A DNA stretch of 64,000 nt from an uncultured Holophagae bacterium (lineage in GTDB: Bacteria; Acidobacteriota; Thermoanaerobaculia; Thermoanaerobaculales; Sulfomarinibacteraceae), in contig CAWCOD010000006.1 in the NCBI GenBank assembly GCA_963797055.1, forward strand, positions 573,642-637,641. Reading direction: 5' to 3'. Positions 50,997 to 57,760 of the stretch are shown piece by piece (position 1 is the first letter of the stretch; each line of letters begins with the position of its first letter). The notes beneath the pieces were generated by a model that was given only the letters and a program-made list of their open reading frames with translations, made no database searches and was not told the DNA's origin. The translations under genes were made by a program, and so were the position numbers.

Positions 50997-52601
50997 CTAC
51001 GGACCCCAGATCGACCACCCTTCGAGGTCACCGGTCTCGAAACCATCGGCGAATATCGTGATGACCTCGCATTCGTCGGGGATGCCGTCGAGGTCCGAGT
51101 CCGTCGACGTGCCGCCGGCGATATCCTCGAGGTCGCCGACCCCGTTGATGTTGCAGTCGTAGTCGCCGATCCTGAGGTAGTAGACATCTTGCTCGCCGTT
51201 GAAGGTAGCTGCGTAGGCGAGGTCCGCGCCCACAAGATCGGACACCATGTCGTAGTAGTCGCCAATCTTATTCTGGTTCGGCCAGCCGAGGTGGGGATCG
51301 AAGGGAGGAGAGACGGCCTGGTTTGGGGCCCAGGTAATTCCACCGTCGGTGGAAAACGAATAAAAAACCTCAGAGTCATAACCCCCCGGGTCGTTTCTGG
51401 AGTCGGCCCAGACCGCGTCGATTCTGCCGTCGGGAGCCACCGACATGGTGCCGAACCACTGCCAGGCGTTGGTCCCCGCAGCGTCGTCATTCACCCGGAC
51501 GGGGGCGCTCCATGTGGATCCCCCGTCGGTCGACCGGACGATGTGGATGTCCAGGGGATCCGCCCCAGGGGGATCCACCGATCCGAGCACGTAGACCGCG
51601 CCGGATGGTGAGGGATCGGCCGCGATCCAGATCTGACCCAACAGCCCGTCGGGATTCGGGCTGGCCGGCACAAAGGACGTCTGTTCACCACCAAGATCGA
51701 CGGAGGCTGTAGTCGAGAAGGTCATGGACGATCCGCCTCCGTACTGGGCATCGGTGGACCGCGCAACGGCAATGTCAAACCAGCCGCTGCCGGCCACCCA
51801 AACCGACCCGTCGGGACCCACCGCGGTGACGCCCCACGACGGTTCACCCGGGACATAGATCGGGTATTCGAAGCTCGTTCCACCGTTGGCAGACCGGTTG
51901 AAGAAATCGTCGCCGCAACACCCTGCCCACGGGCTCCAGGCAGAGTAGATGTTGCCGGTTCCAGGACCGCCGGAACGGTCGACGGCCATCCACGCCTTGT
52001 CGCCTCCGTAGGCAGGGACCGGCGTGCCCCAGTGGACGCCCCCGTCGGTCGAGCTGAAGACGTCGCACATGAAGTCGGGTTCCACGGTGAGGCTGTTGTA
52101 ATAGAAGTTCCCTTCGGAATCGGCGTCGAGCACCGGATCGGAACGAAATGTCCCGGGTGTCAGTACCCCCGGTGCGGTCCAGTTGCGGCCGCCGTCCGAG
52201 GAGAAACCCAAGCCGGCCTGTCGGAAATTGCTGGCGATCGTGTCGAACTGGCGCCACCCGATGGCCATTCGGTTTGGGAATGTGGGGTCCACCGCAATGG
52301 AGGGTTCGTTGGCGGCGTCGCCGACGATGTTGTTTCCGGAGACGTCAACATTGACCTGGACCGACACAAACGAACCCAAGGTCACCCGCTGCGGGGGACG
52401 GGTTTCGCGCGCACTCCGGTCCACCTGAACCTGGGCGTCGTCGAGCCACTCGTGGGCACCTACTTCGCCGGCGCGATAGCCCTTGTCTTCGGATGGTTGT
52501 TGTTGGGCCAGAGCCGCTACCGAATAGGTGAGCAGAATGACAACGACAACCGCCTGCAACCTTGTTGTTCGAATCGACACCACGCCCTCCAGACGCAACA
52601 T
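50997..52601 (-). CDS. BNR/Asp-box beta-propeller (sialidase-like) secreted protein with Ca-binding-like D-rich linker and FADGFETG C-terminal motif
   Basis: Asp-boxes SSDGGRNW, STDGGVHW, STDGGSTW and STDGGITW, plus a degenerate SANGGTSF. Confidence 0.85.
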   Translation of the reverse strand: MLRLEGVVSIRTTRLQAVVVVILLTYSVAALAQQQPSEDKGYRAGEVGAHEWLDDAQVQVDRSARETRPPQRVTLGSFVSVQVNVDVSGNNIVGDAANEPSIAVDPTFPNRMAIGWRQFDTIASNFRQAGLGFSSDGGRNWTAPGVLTPGTFRSDPVLDADSEGNFYYNSLTVEPDFMCDVFSSTDGGVHWGTPVPAYGGDKAWMAVDRSGGPGTGNIYSAWSPWAGCCGDDFFNRSANGGTSFEYPIYVPGEPSWGVTAVGPDGSVWVAGSGWFDIAVARSTDAQYGGGSSMTFSTTASVDLGGEQTSFVPASPNPDGLLGQIWIAADPSPSGAVYVLGSVDPPGADPLDIHIVRSTDGGSTWSAPVRVNDDAAGTNAWQWFGTMSVAPDGRIDAVWADSRNDPGGYDSEVFYSFSTDGGITWAPNQAVSPPFDPHLGWPNQNKIGDYYDMVSDLVGADLAYAATFNGEQDVYYLRIGDYDCNINGVGDLEDIAGGTSTDSDLDGIPDECEVITIFADGFETGDLEGWSIWGP

Positions 52602-52656
52602 TCTACGCTGTCCGATCCAAGAGGATAGTGGTTCAAATGAGTTGCGCAGCCGCGAA

Positions 52657-52730
52657 CATGTCGGTGCCAGGCGCCGCCGCAGTATGTCGAACTCGCACTA
52701 CGACTCGATTTCGACGGTGCCTGGCACCGG
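52657..52730 (-). repeat. 74-nt MITE-like element with palindromic 13-mer ends (GGTGCCAGGCGCC 52663-52675; GGTGCCTGGCACC 52716-52728)
   Basis: Reverse complement is collinear with 57637-57710. Confidence 0.85.
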
Positions 52731-52761
52731 GTGAGCGCGTTCGCAATGCGTCCGAGGCTGC

Positions 52762-52805
52762 CACGCCCGATCAACGGGTCCACTCCCGATCCAGGTGGGC
52801 GGGGG
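52762..52805 (+). repeat. Second copy of the 45-nt module CACGCCCGATCAACGGGTCC...
   Basis: Matches 11787-11831. Confidence 0.7.
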
Positions 52806-52859
52806 AATCTGCAATCTGCAATCTGCAATCTGCAATTCGTAACGGGCGGGTGGGGGACC
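52804..52859. repeat. 8 in-register heptamers (GGAATCT, GCAATCT x3, GCAATTC, GTAACGG, GCGGGTG, GGGGACC) flanked by G-tract boxes
   Basis: Read directly. Confidence 0.9.
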
Positions 52860-52919
52860 TCATGGCCCTATCGACTCATAGCCTCACGGCGAGCCGGCGA
52901 AGCCGGCGGGAGGTGTACC

Positions 52920-53342
52920 ATGGCCTCGATGTTCGTACGGCTGGCCACGCTCTTCATTTTGGTGCCCCTGCTGGAACTCTATCTGTTGATTCAGGTCGGT
53001 TCGCACGTAGGGGTTGAGATCACCATCGGAATCGTGGTGGTCACCGGCCTCGTCGGAGCCTGGCTGGCCCGTCGGCAGGGTCTCAGGGTGTTGCGTGAGG
53101 TTCAAGCCAGCCTCGCGGTGGGTGATATGCCCGCAGACGCGCTTGTCGACGGGCTCTTGATATTGGTTGCCGGGGCCGTACTGCTGACACCGGGACTGCT
53201 GACGGACGCGTTGGGGTTCGCGCTGCTGATACCGGGAGGCCGGCGCGTGGCGCGCAGGCTGATCCGCCGGTGGCTGCCCACTCGGATCACCGGTCTCGAC
53301 CCGAATGTCATCGATGTGGAGTGGCGCAGTGACAATGGCTGA
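52920..53342 (+). CDS. fxsA: FxsA family membrane protein
   Basis: LILVPLLELYLLIQVG...VVVTGLVGAWLARRQG...LLTPGLLTDALGFALLIP pattern. Start moved to ATG 52920. Confidence 0.85.
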   Translation: MASMFVRLATLFILVPLLELYLLIQVGSHVGVEITIGIVVVTGLVGAWLARRQGLRVLREVQASLAVGDMPADALVDGLLILVAGAVLLTPGLLTDALGFALLIPGGRRVARRLIRRWLPTRITGLDPNVIDVEWRSDNG

Positions 53343-53958
53343 GGAAACCGACCCGACACCGGTACAATGCGGCGTTGTGACGGGTGACAGCTCCCATCAA
53401 GACGAGTTCTCCGAGGCGCGTGCGCGGGCCTTTGGCAAGGTCGTCGATCTGCTGGTGGGTTTCCGGCGGATCATCCGACGTGGTGCGGTCCGATTGTGGG
53501 GCGAGGAGTGGTTTGTCGGCGGCTGCCCGGCCGCCGTTCGGGACCGGCTGCTCGCGGCCCGAGACTCGGAACTGGAAATGGAGCGGATCCCATCGGATGC
53601 GGATGGTCCTTACGACCTGGCGACCTTTGGAGATCTTGCGGATCTTGTGGACTCCAGCGAGAGTCTGGCCGCACTTTTGCAGGGACTTGCTCTCTCCCCG
53701 GACGGTCTGATCGTGAATCTGCGGACCCTCGAGGATCTCAGGCGCAAGCTGGCCGAAGCCCGTATCCTGAGCGACTCCGAAGGTGTGGTTCTGGACGAGT
53801 TTCATCTCAGATTGCGAGAGAAGCTGAGTGGTGTTCGTCGGCATGACCGGAGTGGCGAAACGGCCGGGCGGGCCGGCTACAGCGACGTGGAGCCGATTTC
53901 GCCCGGGACATCCGATCAACCCGAAATCCATCGCAGGGCGATACCGGGTCTCGCGTGA
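53335..53958 (+). CDS. Hypothetical protein resembling a Swt1-like HEPN domain with degenerate Rx4H motif
   Basis: LWGEEWFVGGCPAAVRDRL...ATFGDLADLV...LEDLRRKLAEARILSDSE parallels the yGedWw...FgdL...LRNrvAHs pattern. His is replaced by Glu. Start overlaps the fxsA stop. Confidence 0.45.
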   Translation: MAEETDPTPVQCGVVTGDSSHQDEFSEARARAFGKVVDLLVGFRRIIRRGAVRLWGEEWFVGGCPAAVRDRLLAARDSELEMERIPSDADGPYDLATFGDLADLVDSSESLAALLQGLALSPDGLIVNLRTLEDLRRKLAEARILSDSEGVVLDEFHLRLREKLSGVRRHDRSGETAGRAGYSDVEPISPGTSDQPEIHRRAIPGLA

Positions 53959-54730
53959 GACCAACCATCCCACCAGCGGCGGCAGACGTCACCCCTGAAC
54001 GGACCGAGGCCACCGCCGCTCTCTTCGGCGACAAAGGACCGGCGACGTCGGGTTTGAGTGGTGTGGTGGCGGCTGCCGCCGAGGGATTTGCTGGCGATGA
54101 GACCGATCTGTCCACACCGGTGTTGTTCGAGGATGGAGAAGTTGACGGGCTTCAATCCGAGGTTGCGGCAGGGCATGGCGATCCACGGGTTGGAGAGTCC
54201 TCCGAGGGTCCGCCCACCGATATCTTGCTCGAGGAGGGGGGGGCGAAGGGGTTGACACCGAAACTGCCGGGGACACTGGCGAAGCAGTCTACGAAGTGCC
54301 CACCGGGGTCGAGGCCACCGACGTGCTCTTTGATGAGAGGGACGACCGATTGGAGGCCAACCGGTTTCGCGAGGACGTTTTGGACGGTGCGGCAACCCCG
54401 GTGGGTCTGGTTCACGTGGAACCCGAGGACTTCCAGGTGCTGCGGGATCTCAGGTCGGAGATCATAGGGGCCGCCGAGGCGGCGTACCAGACCTCTTCGG
54501 AAATCAGCAATTCCGTCTGGCAGTCGGCGCTCGAATCAGGCTGGTTTTCCACTCGAGCGGAAACCTACGGTCTGGCCGAGGTTGCCACCTTTCACGCGAT
54601 TCTGGAGATCTATCTGGAACGTCTGAAGAGCGGCGATGACAACGAGGCGCTGAGGACCTACCTCGCGGACTGTGAGCTTGCCAAACTTCTGCTCCGCCTC
54701 CGTGACCTCTTTATCCGCTTGCGGGTCTGA
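53955..54730 (+). pseudogene. Acidic protein gene interrupted by a frameshift at a G8 tract (53955-54243 in frame 0, continuing to 54730 in frame 2)
   Basis: GTGA overlap with the upstream gene. The acidic repeat character (VLFEDGEVDGLQSE / VLFDERDDRLEANRF) continues across 54236-54243 only if one G is added. Confidence 0.6.
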
Positions 54731-54746
54731 AACGGATACGCGCGGG

Positions 54747-54818
54747 CCGGTGCCAGGCACCGTCGAAATCGCATCGGAGCACGAGATATGTACGTTGGCG
54801 GAGGTGCCTGGCACCGCC
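54747..54818 (+). repeat. MITE-like element copy (GGTGCCAGGCACC 54749-54761; GGTGCCTGGCACC 54803-54815)
   Basis: Collinear with 57637-57710 (CCGGTGCCAGGCACCGTCGAAA...). Confidence 0.85.
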
Positions 54819-54890
54819 ACGGTTCGACCGAAGGAACGTTACCCCCTGCCGTCTGCCGCCTACTGTCAACCAGACCGCCGCGTCCACGGC

Positions 54891-54918
54891 AAACAACGTA
54901 CAACCCACAACCTACAAC
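54891..54918. repeat. 4 heptamers ending ACAAC (AAACAAC, GTACAAC, CCACAAC, CTACAAC)
   Basis: Read directly. Overlaps the stop and last codons of the citrate synthase gene. Confidence 0.85.
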
Positions 54919-56054
54919 CTGCTTGGAGCTGGCTCAGTCAGATAGACGGCCCCGGGCTCGATCATGGCGCCGTCCGGCAGATACTCCAGACAGTGAGCCA
55001 TCCATCCGGTCTGAATCGCGAGGCAGAAGGGGATCGGGAAACCCGAAGCCGGCAAGCCCAGGGGGTGGTAGAGCAGCCCGGTAATACTGTCCACGTTGGC
55101 AAAGATCCCCCGGCTTCCGAGCGCAGATTCGACCTCATCGCGCAGCCCCATGTAGATTCTCCACAGCTGTCCCATTCCACGCGAGGCGAGAAGCGATCGG
55201 GCGAAAGGTTCCAGCGCCGTCACCCGGGGATCGGGACACGAGTAGACGCGGTGACCGAACCCCGGGAATCGATGACGACGGGCCAGGCCGTCTCGTGCCC
55301 AGGATCGTGCTTCCGCCGTCGTGGAGAAACCGGCGAGCATCTCGAAGGCGAGTTGGTTGGCACCGCCATGACGGGCCCCGGACAACGCGCCCATGCCGGC
55401 GAGGACCGCCGATCCGAGATCCGCCCCGGTGGATGAAACCACCAGAGCGGCGAGGGCGGCGGCGTGGAGACCGTGCTCCGCCTGAACGATCAGGCTGGCA
55501 TCGAAGGCTCGGACCTCGTCGGCCTCGGGCTGGCGTCCAAGGACCTGGAACAGCCAGTTGGCCGAGTAGCCGAGATCGTCGGATGGATCCACCGGGTTTT
55601 TGCCGTCGAGGTGTCTGATGGCTGCCGCGGCCAGAGAGGCCGTCCAGCTCAGGATTCGGGCCGGGCGGCGCCACTGGGCGTCGAGACTGATGTCATCGGC
55701 CTCCGGGATCTGACAGGCGGCTACGGTCAGCATGGTCCGAAACTGGGCGAGCGGGTGGGCCCGGAAGGGGACCGTGGCGAGGGCCTGGAAGGCGGATCGG
55801 GGCGGGGTGCGCCACCTGCGGAGTTCAGCTGACCATGAGTCCAGTTGGGTTGAATCCGGCAGCTCTCCAAACAGGACGAGGAAGGAGACCTCCTCGAAAC
55901 TGCTGTGCTCCACCAGCTCCGCCACGTCGTACCCGCGATAGAGCAGTCGGCCGCGAACTCCGTCGATCAGCCCGATGGCGGTGTCACCGGCCACCAAACC
56001 ATCGAGCCCGCGGGTGTAGCGCTGGACGGCATCAGATGGCGGCCTGCCGATCAT
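54912..56054 (-). CDS. Citrate synthase family protein (catalytic triad intact)
   Basis: SGARHGGANQ (His), FPGFGHRVY (His), FANVDSITG (Asp). 380 aa. Confidence 0.88.
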   Translation of the reverse strand: MIGRPPSDAVQRYTRGLDGLVAGDTAIGLIDGVRGRLLYRGYDVAELVEHSSFEEVSFLVLFGELPDSTQLDSWSAELRRWRTPPRSAFQALATVPFRAHPLAQFRTMLTVAACQIPEADDISLDAQWRRPARILSWTASLAAAAIRHLDGKNPVDPSDDLGYSANWLFQVLGRQPEADEVRAFDASLIVQAEHGLHAAALAALVVSSTGADLGSAVLAGMGALSGARHGGANQLAFEMLAGFSTTAEARSWARDGLARRHRFPGFGHRVYSCPDPRVTALEPFARSLLASRGMGQLWRIYMGLRDEVESALGSRGIFANVDSITGLLYHPLGLPASGFPIPFCLAIQTGWMAHCLEYLPDGAMIEPGAVYLTEPAPSRL

Positions 56055-57262
56055 CCGTTCCTCCCCGCCGGAAACGGACGCTCCGTCGGCCCCACATAGC
56101 GGCTCAGTGGCCGGTAAAGACGAATGTCGTGCAGGGTTTCGCGCACAAGCGCCACCATGCCGGCGGTCCGGGCCACCGCGATGAGGCAGGGGATCTCGGC
56201 CGGTTCGGCTCCAAGGAGGTGAAACACCAGGGCTCCGTAGAGGTTGATGTTGACGAAGATGCCTCGCGGCGCCAACGCCAGTGTCGCCGCCTCCTCAACG
56301 GCGCGAGTCACCTCATAAAGTTGTCCCTGTCCCTGTTGCCGGGCCAGGGAGGCCGCCGCTTTGCGCAGCACCACAGCTCGGGGGTCGGCCATGCGGTAAG
56401 CGCGGTGGCCGAACCCTGGAATCACCCCGCCCCGCGCCACGGTGGAGTCCACCCACCGGGTGGCGGCATCGGGGTCCTCCAACGCAAGCAGTCGCTCGAT
56501 AATGTGTTCACCGGCGCCGCCCTGATGGCGGCCGGTCAGGGCCGACAGACCGGCCACGACGTTGTAGTAGGGGTCAGCCAGGCATGATGCAACGATCATG
56601 GAGGTGAAGGTAGGCGCGTCGAGACCGTGGACGGCGTAAAGCACCCAGAGGAGATTCAGTGCCCGTCGTTCCTCATCCGAGGGATCCCTTCGCACCAGCG
56701 CCCTCAGGACCCCGTCGCCAAGGCTGATCTCCGGACCCGCGACGGGGGAGGTGGTATGGCCGCGACGTTGGTCCACGATTTGGCAGACGAGCGATGCAAC
56801 CTGCCCGACGATGCGAAGCTCGCTCCATTGGCTCCGTCCCTCGATGTCGTCGTCAACGGTCAATTCGTGACAGCCCACCGTTGAGATCCCTGCGCGCAGA
56901 ATCCGGGTTGGGTGGACCGACGGTTGGAAGGTCGCGATGAGGTCGAGGACGTCTTTTGGGAGGCCGCGGCTGCACCTCAGGTTTCGGCGAAAATCAACAA
57001 ACCCTTGCGGCCCCTCGTCCGCAGTTTGGCCGGTGATGAGCAGGTAGGCCGTCCGTTCGAAGTCCGGCCGATGGGCGAGGACCTCGATGGGAACTCCGCG
57101 GTAGGCGAGGTGTCCGCTTGACGGGTCGAGCCACATGACCCTGGTGGCCGCAGCGATGACGCCGGTCAGCCCCGGCCCGACATCTGTGGTGACCGGCCAC
57201 TGGATGCTCGGAGCACACCAATCGAAGCCGTGACCAAGCGTGTGGATGACGGAATCGGACAT
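56051..57262 (-). CDS. Citrate synthase paralog with Asn in place of the catalytic Asp
   Basis: TGRHQGGAG and IPGFGHRAY are conserved, but the NVD-equivalent reads FVNINLYGA. ATGA overlap with the downstream paralog. Confidence 0.8.
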   Translation of the reverse strand: MSDSVIHTLGHGFDWCAPSIQWPVTTDVGPGLTGVIAAATRVMWLDPSSGHLAYRGVPIEVLAHRPDFERTAYLLITGQTADEGPQGFVDFRRNLRCSRGLPKDVLDLIATFQPSVHPTRILRAGISTVGCHELTVDDDIEGRSQWSELRIVGQVASLVCQIVDQRRGHTTSPVAGPEISLGDGVLRALVRRDPSDEERRALNLLWVLYAVHGLDAPTFTSMIVASCLADPYYNVVAGLSALTGRHQGGAGEHIIERLLALEDPDAATRWVDSTVARGGVIPGFGHRAYRMADPRAVVLRKAAASLARQQGQGQLYEVTRAVEEAATLALAPRGIFVNINLYGALVFHLLGAEPAEIPCLIAVARTAGMVALVRETLHDIRLYRPLSRYVGPTERPFPAGRNG

Positions 57263-57307
57263 TTAAAGAGGATACCCGAATTGCAGTTGCGAGTTTCCCC
57301 ACCCGCC

Positions 57308-57335
57308 CAGAGTTCAGAGTTCAGATCCACCCACC
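57308..57335. repeat. 4 heptamers (CAGAGTT x2, CAGATCC, ACCCACC) after an ACCCGCC box
   Basis: Read directly. Confidence 0.8.
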
Positions 57336-57440
57336 TCGAGCGCTTGTTGGCGCGACGACCGGGCGTGCCACTTCTGACACTTTCGGGAGGATGTGCTTTG
57401 AATTGCCCGACATTGTGGGGCCCCGAACAGTGTCAGGGGT

Positions 57441-57586
57441 GGCAACCTGCCGGCGGCAGCGGTTGTGGCCGTGGCCGTGTTCGGCGGCCATGTCCGATCC
57501 TGTACGAAGGATCAGAGGCCTTACGGCCACCCGCTGGTGACGGCTGGTCACCGCGGCCACCGGCCGCGAGTAACCTCGGGAAGCGC
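57441..57586 (+). repeat. Repeat module C (hairpin-rich, about 145 nt), copy 1
   Basis: Reverse complement of 63065-63204 is collinear, starting GGCAACCTGCCGGCGGCAGCGGTTGTGGCCGTGGCCG. Confidence 0.85.
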
Positions 57587-57636
57587 GGTTGGGAGATGGG
57601 CGCGCAGAAGTCGGCAAATCAAAACAAACGCACGGG

Positions 57637-57710
57637 CCGGTGCCAGGCACCGTCGAAACCGATTCGTTGTACGAGGTCGACATACTGCGGCGGTGCCTGG
57701 CACCGACATG
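57637..57710 (+). repeat. MITE-like element copy (GGTGCCAGGCACC 57639-57651; GGTGCCTGGCACC 57692-57704)
   Basis: CCGGTGCCAGGCACCGTCGAAACCG...GTCGACATACTGCGGCGGTGCCTGGCACCGACATG. Confidence 0.85.
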
Positions 57711-57760
57711 CCCGCCTATTGAGCGGAGAATCTAGCCCCTAGCCCCTGGGATGGGCGGGG

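Noticed and set aside
57692-57715. TGGCAC inside the GGTGCCTGGCACC 13-mers as sigma54 (-24/-12) promoters
   Set aside because: The GG-to-GC spacing in TGGCACCGACATGCC is one nt short of the TGGCAC-N5-TTGC consensus. The TTGC element is absent. The motif is part of a palindromic repeat found in both orientations regardless of gene direction.
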